From: Eremomyces bilateralis CBS 781.70 | Taxonomy: Eukaryota | DNA: 52,483 bases | Strand: one strand, 5' to 3' | Assembly: GCA_010015585.1 (NCBI GenBank) | Contig: ML975167.1 | Part shown: piece by piece, positions 1 to 10,539 of the stretch | Layout: each line of letters starts with the position of its first letter | How positions within the stretch are numbered: the stretch's first letter is position 1 | Made by a program: the position numbers and the translations under genes | The notes under the pieces: model-generated | Databases searched by the model: none | Seen by the model: only the letters and a program-made list of their open reading frames with translations | What the model was told of the DNA's origin: nothing

Positions 1-242
1 ACCGGGTTCTTCTACCTGTACCGTAACTGGGAAGACATCAGGCAAGGCAAAAGGAAGCTGGGGGTGGTGTTCAACATCGGAATCGTCATTATGGGTTTCT
101 TGATCGTGAGTCCATCAATCTTTGGGTCTGGCCCGCGCTAACAGTTGCCCAGTGCATTCTCGGTCTTTATGCATCCATAACAACTCTGAGCCAAGGCGAG
201 GGTGGATCGCCTTTCTCCTGTGCGGACAACGCTGATGAATAG
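1..242 (+). CDS. 3' end of Mtr-type neutral amino acid permease (Aa_trans family), partial
   Basis: Exons 1-105 and 153-242 (intron GTGAGT..GCTAAC..CAG) translate to ...GFFYLYRNW...VFNIGIVIMGFLI/CILGLYASITTLSQGEGGSPFSCADNADE*. The hydrophobic helices and terminal FSCADN motif are typical of fungal Mtr-like permeases. Confidence 0.75.
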
Positions 243-741
243 GGGGCCTAAGAGGGGTCCTCGTCGCCACGAGAGGCGTGGGAGCTGACTGCTCGATTCC
301 GATTTGCTTTGATGCAGCGTTTAGCGATGATACCCTATGTGTCGATTAGGAATGGCTCGTCCTGTGATCCGGGTGGTCACACGGGAGAAGCTCATGTACA
401 TCCGGCGAAGTAGATCTTCAATTTAGCCGATATGAAAGGGAAAATAGACAATCGTCGAGAGTATGTCAACGTCCGTGATCAGGTTCCTGCCCAACGATAT
501 CATTTCCTGGCTCTTATCACAAACTCGTGTCTTCTCAATGGTCCTTGACGACCGCAGAAGATGGCCGTGGGTAGGGAATGACAATCTGTTCGAGACTTAA
601 GGATACATAATTACACGGGTCATGTCTCTAAAGGGATGGTAAGAATTCCCAAGATATTGAAGCCGAGGTCTGGTACCTGGAGCAATGCAAGGTTCGAGTA
701 AAAGGTAGATACGGAAGATCTTGCTGCAGGGGAGATAGATC

Positions 742-750
742 ATTGGTGGG
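742..750 (-). promoter_or_regulatory. GARE-like element (CCCACCAAT) upstream of gaaX-like gene
   Basis: ATTGGTGGG at 742-750 is the reverse complement of YCCNCCAAT, the galacturonic-acid responsive element bound by GaaR. It lies ~670 bp upstream of ATG 1422. A core CCGCCAA also occurs at 1396-1402. Confidence 0.5.
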
Positions 751-1421
751 TTAAATATTGCGCGGTACAGGCCGGCGGCGGACGAGCCAACAGCGGGGCC
801 ATCTCTCCGAATTCTGTGAGAATCCAAGCATTGTCGTCTTTGTTCATCATGTCAAAGCGAAGCAGAGTCCTTTGGCCTCGTCATGATTGGAGCAAGCGGG
901 TTTCAGTAGCCCTTTCATGCTCCAGGCGCGAAATCCTGAAGTTCTGCCGCCCAAAATGGCTCCCAGGCCCCCTTGGAAATGGCCGGCTGTATCATTGCCC
1001 ATCCCACTGTTAGGGTAACATTGTCTGCAATCATTGCCTTTGAATGAGACAGGATGCGGATCAATTCTGCCATTTACACCCCTTGCTCTGCTTATTTGCT
1101 TTGCCATTGCTATCAATCACGCCGTTGAGCCCTTGGAAGCGGTGATTGGTGCCTTGCACACTCCATACCCGGGCCATCTCATCCCTCCTGCGGTACCTTT
1201 GCTCTGCGACAACTCTTCGAACACTACGATTTTGGCAAATTTCTCGACGGGAACTATAGACCTACCAGAAGAAAGCTTCGAATTGGTACCGAAGAGAAGG
1301 ACCGACGCTGCGTTGGCGATGCACCAACCCAGACCAGACTCGTACTTCATCAAGACCGTCTTATCACCTCCCTCGACCTATAGGCCTGTATAGTGCCGCC
1401 AAATCCGAAGTATTCGAAACC

Positions 1422-3587
1422 ATGGTCACGATCGCCGAACCGCCTATGATGACCAGTATCGTACCTCCCGAACCCTCCGAACCCGTCGGACCCGATAGCA
1501 TCACAAACCGCAAAACCAATGGGGTTATTGAGGTTCAGGAAATCGATGTTCCTGAGAAGCCGTCGCTGTTAGTCTTGATAGAGGACGGGCAAGACGAAAT
1601 TCTCAGTATAGTGGCTGATGTGCTCGGGCAGCCATGTTGTCTGGTCTCATCGTGTGATACGGTCCAGCAGGAACCATATCATACAGTCCTCGGTCTTCAT
1701 AGCAAACTCGTCGCAGCGGATGTCCGAAGCTTAGCACCGAGCAGGACGGTCATCCATACTCATTGCGTGGATAATCCAGTCGAAAGTGACCCGGCTCTCT
1801 CACAGATATGTGATTATGAGTATTTGTACTCTATGACCCCGTATCTGAGGAGAGATGTAGCACGATTCCTCGGATTTATCCTCGGCCAGATAGGCCACCA
1901 TCGAGATTTGACGAAGAAGAAACGAACCACTCTGATTTCAACCACATTTCCAGACGTCCATGCTGCTCTTCCCAACCTGGACATCCTTTCTGTCGGAGCG
2001 GACGCTGTCGAACTAAGAGTGGATCTCCTCAAAGAACCACTTCCGGATGGGACCTTCCGAGATGTCCCAAGCCTCAAGTTCGTCGGGGAGCAGCTTATGA
2101 CGCTACGGCAACGTACCGAACTGCCCATTATATATACGACTAGGTGTACGAAAGAAAACGGCCGTTTCCCTATGGATGAGCCGAACCTGTTCCTGACATA
2201 TCTATACCGAGCGATACAGTGGGGTTGCGAATACATCGATGTCGAGTTGTGGCTACCAGAAGACATTCGACGCACTCTGTCCGAGAGGAAGGGAAACAGC
2301 AAGATCATCTCGGCATTCCACGACTTTTCGGGGACCTTTAGATGGACTGCACCCGAAGCAGAAGAACTATTTCGCCACGGAGCTGTGTATGGAGACGTGG
2401 TGAAAATGATCGCCCTCACCAACACGGTGCAGGAGAACTACGAGCTGGAGTACTTCCGGTCCACCATACAATCGAGATACCCGCATCCTCCTCTTTCAGC
2501 GCTCAACATGGGTTCCACCGGCCAGCTTTCTCGAACATTGAACAAAGTCTTCACTCCGATCACCCACCCCCTCCTTCCCATGATTGCCGCACCCGGCCAG
2601 CTTTCGGCAGCGGAAATCAATGCGGCACTTCACACCATGGGACAACTGCCACGACGCGATATCTATGGTATCGTGTCAGCACGAGCTGCAACAAGAGCTG
2701 TCTTTTTTGAGAAGTGCTTCAATGAGCTCGGTCTTCCTCACGTTTTCACCTTTGTTGAACGCGGTCCGATAACTAGACATGCTGTCAATATCTCCTCGGT
2801 AGTTCACCGTCCCTTGTTTGGCGGGGCATACCTTAATCCACCGTTAGCTGTATCACATGCCTCATATCTGCCGCAACTCTCTCCGGCTGCCAGAGCAATC
2901 GGCCAGGTGGACACGGTCGTCCTATCAAAGACGCTTTTGGCCACAACTTCACTCGCAGTCGGACAACCTGGGATGGAAGGAAGCTCCTTTGTTGGCGACA
3001 ACTGCACCTGGAAGGGGATTCGAGCGACTCTAACCCACGACTTTGTCCCCAGCGCATACCGCGGCCGCGCTGCTCTGCTCCTCGCTTCGGACGAGTCGTC
3101 CGCGACCCCCGCCATATTCGCCCTGAAGTCCTTGGCTATTGGCCCCATCTACACCGTCGGCTTCACCATCAAGGCCACACAGACTCAGGGGCAGGAAGTC
3201 CTTGGCGTCGGACTAGGTGCTGGTTTGCAGCCTGTCCGCTCGGTCGAGGATGTCAAACGACTTGAGCGACCATTCGCTATCATCAGTGCCTTGCCTGGAG
3301 ATAAAGGTGCCTTGGTTGCACCATTGCTGCGGCATTACGGGCCTGTCAAGACGGATGAGAGCTCAAGAGGCACGGCAGGCAAAGTGTTTGTCGACTTGGT
3401 AGGTGGGACAGGGAGCCGCAGGGAGCGGGATAAGGACCCCGTGGCCGTGGCAGCAAGCCTTGGCTGGTCTGCATATGGGGTTGCGGATGTGGCTGCTTGG
3501 ACAACGGTTGAGACGTTGCGGCTACTTGTGGGACAGAATGTGCCGTTTGATTTTGTGAGGTTCGCCAGTGGACGAGGGGTGTACTGA
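1422..3587 (+). CDS. gaaX: AROM-derived transcriptional repressor (GaaX/QutR class): degenerate shikimate-kinase-like region, type I DHQase domain, degenerate shikimate dehydrogenase domain
   Basis: Intronless 721 aa ORF. DHQase I motifs GADAVELRVDLL, PIIYTTR, YIDVEL, SAFHDF, DVVKMI, ALNMGSTGQLSR and APGQLS are present. SDH motifs are eroded (GGAYLNPPL, IGQVDT, GDNCTWKG). It lacks the DHQ synthase and EPSP synthase domains and lies next to a Zn2Cys6 gene. The class call is strong; gaaX versus another QutR paralogue is inferred. Confidence 0.75.
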   Translation: MVTIAEPPMMTSIVPPEPSEPVGPDSITNRKTNGVIEVQEIDVPEKPSLLVLIEDGQDEILSIVADVLGQPCCLVSSCDTVQQEPYHTVLGLHSKLVAADVRSLAPSRTVIHTHCVDNPVESDPALSQICDYEYLYSMTPYLRRDVARFLGFILGQIGHHRDLTKKKRTTLISTTFPDVHAALPNLDILSVGADAVELRVDLLKEPLPDGTFRDVPSLKFVGEQLMTLRQRTELPIIYTTRCTKENGRFPMDEPNLFLTYLYRAIQWGCEYIDVELWLPEDIRRTLSERKGNSKIISAFHDFSGTFRWTAPEAEELFRHGAVYGDVVKMIALTNTVQENYELEYFRSTIQSRYPHPPLSALNMGSTGQLSRTLNKVFTPITHPLLPMIAAPGQLSAAEINAALHTMGQLPRRDIYGIVSARAATRAVFFEKCFNELGLPHVFTFVERGPITRHAVNISSVVHRPLFGGAYLNPPLAVSHASYLPQLSPAARAIGQVDTVVLSKTLLATTSLAVGQPGMEGSSFVGDNCTWKGIRATLTHDFVPSAYRGRAALLLASDESSATPAIFALKSLAIGPIYTVGFTIKATQTQGQEVLGVGLGAGLQPVRSVEDVKRLERPFAIISALPGDKGALVAPLLRHYGPVKTDESSRGTAGKVFVDLVGGTGSRRERDKDPVAVAASLGWSAYGVADVAAWTTVETLRLLVGQNVPFDFVRFASGRGVY

Positions 3588-6030
3588 TTGATTGACCCTT
3601 GTGGTACCTCTTATATGTATTTCCGGGTGCTTACATCTCGCGTGAACGGCATGCTACGGCTGGGTTTTGCTGGATTAGGAAGATCGAGGTGTCGAGGGGG
3701 CTTACCACATAGATTCCCGGCTCATTCACAGGGAGTTGTTCGTATTCAAGTGTTGTACTCGTCCAGGAGGATGGAGTCATGGCGACGTAATGCTATATGA
3801 ACCATGACATGAATGTGTACAACGACATGCAATTTGATAGCTTGTAAAGTCTCCGGTTAAGTTAGGAGCATCACCACTAGTTAATTGAAACTGAAATCCG
3901 GCAAACGATATTCTGCTCACTGAAGTTCGGCCTCCAACATCAGTGTCCTGATCTCACCCGCACCCATTCCACCCTTCCTGTAGAAGCCGCAAGTCCAGGT
4001 ATCCCGTCCGCAGTTTGAGTTCGTGTGACAATATCAGGCCCAGCTGACAGATGATGGTGCTTCTCAAGCTTCATATATAAATATGTACCTTACCCTTTTA
4101 CGGTTGTCTCATGATTCCACTTTCCAGGCATCGCTTGACACGTTCCCGCCGCGATTTGAATCGGATCGCCCGATCACTGCCGCTTATGATGGAAGCTTTC
4201 ATTTGTCCACTGCACATTAGGCCTTGCCGGATACGCCACTGGATGGTTGAAACCAGGCTATTGTTTGGCAGAGACGTTGTGTATCCACCAGGCAAGAAAC
4301 GCCTTACGAGCACCCATCAACAATTCAACATTTATTCGCTCGGTTATGCAAGATTCCCTTCCTCGATCATATTGTTTGGATGAAATTATCGATATCTAAA
4401 ATACCTTTTCATTCCTGTCTTGTGGATGTACGTACGTTGCAGGGAAGCTGGAGGAATGAGGCCTGATTGTCAATAAATAGTGTCTCTGCTATCATAGGCT
4501 TGACGCAGCGGTGACCCGTAGATCATCAGATACTAGCGACCATTGACCATTCGAAGGCTATTGAGCAAGTGCCCCATATCAAAGGTATTATATCTTGCCG
4601 TCAAGGATGCTAGGCTGTGTACTTCGCTGTATAATTAAGGACAAATGACTGACTAACTCGCAATCTAGTGAAGCGAATGAATGCACTCCTTGCATACGGT
4701 ACGTAACTCTTCCTGCGAGATATAAACGAGTCTCTCAATTCAAGAAAGGTCCTGGGGGGAACCTGTTCACAGGTCAGCAGTTTCCCAGTTTCACCATCGA
4801 CGGGCACCAAGTATCGACCTAACGGTTGAAAGCTGTTGCTCCCGTTCCCAGCATCGTCCCCATTGGACTGTCATCTGCCCGATTGAACTAGTATTGCGGA
4901 GTGCAGACGGAGAGCCCCCAACCCGCTTGACATGGAGCCTCCAGCCTTCGGGTCTCCAGGACCCAGGTGCACCTTTACTCTGCACGAAATCCTGTTCTAC
5001 CAGCGCCACCAGAACGAGGAACGGTTCCTGGCAGGCATCACGCGTTTCGAACATCGTACCCAGGATACGAGCGCCGTGGTGCCTTTTTCGGGTAATCATC
5101 GTCTATTCATTTCAATATCGAATTGGTGGCATGAGACTTGACTAGGAACCCAGGTTAACCTGGCATCTCCTTGATGTCTGTGACACCCGAGCACTTGTGG
5201 GAGAGTGAGGTTTGTATAAGATAGATGCAAAGAAATTACGGGAGGGTGCTGGGGCGTGCTACAAAAATGCGAGGCAGCATGTAGGTGAACGCCCAAGTTC
5301 CTGTTGGTTCTTTCAGGAGCCTTTTGTATGCAGGATACTCTACGATACCTGGCATTTCATCTCCACCTCCCGTCTGATGTTTACTCGACAGGATGGGCAT
5401 CTACGGTAGCGTGCCGCAGGCATGACCATGGACCAGAGAAATGGTTATTAAATTGAACGTCGACATTAGTCGACAGTGCATGGCTTGGTCAAGAAGCTTG
5501 ATCGGAGAGGGGGTCCCTCGTCTCCTCGACCGATGACCGAAATCGTCATGGCGCCTGTGAACGTCCCGATGAAAGCCACTAGGGAACCGGGGAGTCCCTA
5601 GTTTCCGCATCTCTGCTTCGGCTTCATTCCTCTGCTCCAATGTCAACCCAGTCAACTGGTCGCCTGCTCTTTTCCTTGCACCTTGCCAGTACGCACGACA
5701 GGCCTGTCCAGCCCTCTCCGCATGGCTATGCCGAGTCTCCACTGCCTCCGGGAACCTGTCTTCAAACTTCAATTCTTAGATCTGTCTACGATAATCTAAA
5801 CGTCCGCCGGCTCATTTTGGCTGGTTGACTCGTTCACCTTGGAACTAGAATCATGGCGATTAATGCCCGTATCACTTGAGGAGCTCGAATGCAGCACCCT
5901 GACCATGTAGTAGATCTACATTTCGAAGCAGTTGTCGTCAAATGACACCCTCGGCTTCAGACTATCATCACGAATTGTCGCAAGCTGTGTGCCAGAACCA
6001 GCGTTATCGATCCCCTAAAGCTCTTCAATC

Positions 6031-8966
6031 ATGTCGCGACCCCAGGTTGGAATCGATCGCCTACCAGCGAGACGGATGAGCAACGAACCGAGGGAGTCCA
6101 TGAATTGCAAGAGTTGTCGGAAGAGAAAAGTAAGCATATTGTCCACAGAGACGATGCGACTGGCATCAGAGGGGGTCGAGTGGATTGGGATTTATGTGCT
6201 GACTTTAAAACGGTGAAAGATAAAATGCAACCGAATGCGCCCGACTTGTGAAGCGTGCCAGATATTCGCATGCCAGTGTGTCTATGGTGAGATCTACATT
6301 ATCCATGGTAAGGTCCATTCGTACCAGAAGGTGCTGACTGTGGTCAAAGACGCTATCCCAAAGAAACGTGGGCCCAAAACCGATGTTCTCGAGGCATTGC
6401 TCAAGCGTGTCGACGGCCTTGAAAAGAGACTACAAACCGAAGAATCCGAGAAACAAGAAGAAGAGCCGGTGTCGTCAAACGAAAGTGCAGTCGACAATGT
6501 CGTACAAGACTCAAGTCACGGTGCCGCGAACGATCAAGCCGGAGCGACTGCAAATCACAAATCTTCCGAACCAGAGCAACCCCATTCGAACAACATACCA
6601 CCGCTCATCCCCCCGGAAGGCAACTCGTACGTGGATCCAACACCCAGAATAATGGTACAGTACTGACAATACACAGCCAACCCCCTCCCAGTATATACCC
6701 GGAGGTGCTCGTCGATGCATACTTTGCTCAACTTCATGGCAAACCCTACTATATCCTTGATGAATTGTCCACTCGCCAGAAGATACAACTTAAGCAACTT
6801 CCGAACCCGCTTGCTTATGCTATATATGCTGTTAGCGCAAGGTGAGAACGGATCCCCCTCGAAGCCTTATGACATCCACAGACTAACTGGAATTCGAGAT
6901 ATGCTTCTCATGTCGGAGGCTATGCAAATGCTGTACGCGTGTCGATAGATTTCGCTAAGAAGGCTCGGCTTGAGCTCGACGTAGACGAGCCCTCTATCGA
7001 ATCGTTACAGGCACTCCTGCTACTGTCGTTAGCAAGCTATCAAAATGGACGAGGAAAGAAGGCGTACATGCTTTTATGTGAGTTCACGTTCAAATTGATC
7101 CCGCCATGTCTGACACTAGGTATAGCCTCTGCTATTACCATGGCTCTAGCTCTAGGTCTCCATAGGGAACTCCCCTCAACAATGAGGATCCCCGCCACTG
7201 AACGAGAAGGTCGAAGACGATTGTTCTGGGCGTGCTATCTCCTCGATCGATTTGGAGCTTGCGGTTCGAGACGGCCATCCCTGATTGCCGACGAATCCAT
7301 CGTCCTCCGGCTGCCCTCATGGCAGCTTCATCCAAGCGGCATGACCATCGAAGGCGATTACTTCTCGACCGGTTCGAATCTCCAATATCTAAGAAGTGGG
7401 AAGCAAAGTCATGGAGGGAGTGGCATGCTTATTGGTATCACTCGAATACTAGGAGTGACGAATCGATACCTAGCAAATGGAGGTGTGAAAGGGGACTCGC
7501 ACTTCCCTTGGCACTCACTTTCTAATTTGTCCAAAATCCGACAAGACCTGGACATGTGGGCATCAGAGACGCAGGACGTCTTTGCATCCTTGGAGACGCT
7601 TTTCGGCCAACCAGACAGTACGATTCTCGTATTAAGCAAGCTGGTCTACCACCTTATTCATTGTCTAATCTACCGCCCATTCCTTCCCATCGACCTCACC
7701 GAGCTCTCCGGTAATAGTCAGCATCAATCCTGGCAAATCGAAGCGACGAACATGTGTTTTCTCCACGCCAACGCAATTTCTGAGCTCGTCGAGATCGGGA
7801 AGGCATCTACCCTTATTGAATGGCCGGAATTTATCGGCTACTGTGTCAGCACTGCTGGAATGATCCATGTTCATGGGACACATTATCGAGGCGGCGAAGG
7901 AGGGGATCGAACCGTCTTCGCGGGAAGCCCAGAGTTCCTATCCCGAGAGATGCAGCAGCTCTCCGAACTGCGGTCCATATGGGCAGGAGTTCAACATCAG
8001 TGTGATATGCTGCAGGCAATTTACAATTGTCATATTGAACTCGTCAAATCGCTTGCTTCAAATCCTCTTCGTTTCTCATCTGTCTTTCACCTCGAAGGGT
8101 TCTTCGATCGGTACCCTGGTCGGATGTTCGACGGGTCGCATCTGTCGTTCGTCGAAATACAAGTCGACCCAATGGCATTTGAGAGCACCATGTCTCCATA
8201 CGGACTCAATAATCAAGGGTTTGTGAATATGGCCCTCGGGTCAAATGGATCTATGATTCATCAGCAACAGCAATACTTCCCACCGCAACGGCAGGTGTCC
8301 GCATCAGTGCCTCAAGGGGGGCGAAAGAGAAGACGCACGACGACATCGAATCCTACCAAACCCTCACCCCCTCTCAGTGCGGCTGCTATTCCCTCAAACA
8401 GCAAAAAGCAGCCTCAGGACACTTCTGGTACTCAACCCTTTATGTCCGAGCTTCCACCACCGAACCAAACACTCTCTTCTTCTGAGACCAAGCCTCCACC
8501 CTCTCAGCAGCCTAACCCTTCGGGTCCAATCTTCTCTCCCAACTTCTCTTTCTCTCCTCTCCAACCTACGAATTTCCCGAATCCCACAAACAACGCCACA
8601 AATCCCTCGCAGCCTTCCTCTACTAATAACTATAACAATAACGGCCCATCCTACCGTTTCCCTGACCAGCTGCTCTCCCTTCCCTTCGACGGATCAACAA
8701 GCACGGATCCATCCGGCCAACCGATTTTGGGATACGAAGCGTCCGGCACGAATACGATGTCCAATTCGGCGTTTGTGAGCATGCCCGGCCCATCCGACAT
8801 GCAGACACCCGGATCAAGTTCGGCGGTGAGCGGAGGCGGGACGAGTGGAAGCGCGGAAGGGGAGAAGGATCCTTTCTTGAGCTTACTTGAACAGCTTGCG
8901 GAGAGCGAAGGACCGGATGGAGGAGGTCTCGATTTGGATTTCTTCCTGGCTGGTGGGAACGCCTAA
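6031..8966 (+). CDS. gaaR: Zn(II)2Cys6 transcription factor with fungal-specific TF middle domain, GaaR-like (~875 aa)
   Basis: Exons 6031-6129, 6220-6286, 6350-6626, 6677-6841, 6899-7077 and 7126-8966 sum to 2628 nt in frame. Spliced cluster [46 protein letters not shown] motif; acidic C-terminus [10 protein letters not shown]...LDLDFFL. The symbol rests on recalled GaaR similarity plus adjacency to the AROM-derived repressor. Confidence 0.75.
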
Positions 8967-10539
8967 AACATCTGTATTTGTCTGGATGGTTGCGTGGGTC
9001 GGAGCTTTTGACAGGTTCATATGAATCTGGGTTATCTGGTCAAACAGGAAGGTCAGGGCCATGAATGTCTATATGATAGTTTTTATTATTGTAAATTTAA
9101 CGTTTTGATGAATCGTGACGATATATGCTCGATTTCTGTTTAGTTGCCGTGGCTTGACATGTGAAAGAGAGAGAGAGTGAGAGATTCATACGCCCGTCAG
9201 GCCTCTCTGCGAGGCCCATGTGGGGAACTAGCTAGGATGACTAATTACATTATGGTTGCCTTGTGTCCTTATGGCCTTGTCAATATATCATATCAGTATT
9301 TCTTTCCTGCCGCTTTCCATTTTCCGCGTCGCTTGACATGTGCGGTCGTCTGTGGTCTTGCCATAATATCGTGAAGACTGAATTATATCCACGTGATGAT
9401 CGACAATCCGGCAATCTAGTCCAGATTTTCAACCTTCGTTCCTTTCCATCAACCAAATATTCCGTACACGTACCGTATCGCATATCAACCGCGGCGTATT
9501 GCCGCTCTCAAGAACGATATGTATCGTCATTTGGTCGCATAAAAGTTCCCTACCCCCGCATTCGCATTTTGCCCTCGAGGGATGCTGTGTGCAGCATCCC
9601 ATGGTAGCCCACTTTGTCGGCTCCAGGTTACAAGATGCAGTCTAGAACTCCAGAGGGTCCCAATCTCTCAGATAGGCCTCGTTGGATCATTAGGCGTCTG
9701 CCGTGTGCCCTTCACTGGAGTGTGCAAGACAAAAAGACTGTCTCGGTTTCACTCAATACCGGTAGCAAGCATTGAAAGGTGCTGAGAGGTCAATGGAGGG
9801 CTTGGATACCAATGACCGGAGCCAGAATGGTGCTATGATCCCGTCCTTCGTATTATACGACGACTGACGGCATTGTTGCTGCGGCTCATATCACGATCCT
9901 GCAGACGTCAATCCATAAGTACTTATTTTTCGCTATTCATTCTACTTCATTATATATTAATACAGAGCCACTAACGGGGCTCCGCCTTGAACATGTCAGA
10001 TTGTACACATAATATTCGTCATTGGTCAGGTTCGCGGCAGCATCCGAACCAGACGTTGTCCCAGGAGCTGGATACTGTGGAGATGTCTGTCCCAAGCTTT
10101 AGACGACCGAAGAGATGGTCATGCGGGAGTCTCGGTTTCCTTGTTATATCTCTGGTTTATCTTCTCCTTGAAAGTCGAGACTTAGCTTGTCGAACATACC
10201 GCAACTCATCTACTCCGATTGTTCCGTTTTGCACTGTTCCGATGTTGACAGCTGGGTATCGTACAACCGGACTTTATAAGCTATCTTCGGCATAGACCCT
10301 TCCACGATCCATATGGTTCCTCGTTCAAATGATTCCACACTTCTGACGCCAGACGCAGTCTCACCACTCATCGCCTATAGAATCATACCTATTAGCTAGC
10401 TATCTCGTATCTTGCTCTCGATATACAAACCTCATGTCGAACAACCTAGTCGCTCAAGTCGAGGTCTAGGGAATCCTTATACGATGCATATTCGCATCAC
10501 ACGGTTCATGAAAGCCTGCTAGGTTCCATTCTATCCACC

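Noticed and set aside
1422..3587. Calling this aro1/AROM or a quinate (qut/qa) cluster
   Set aside because: No DHQ synthase or EPSP synthase domains, dead SDH motifs, and no quinate catabolic genes or permease nearby.
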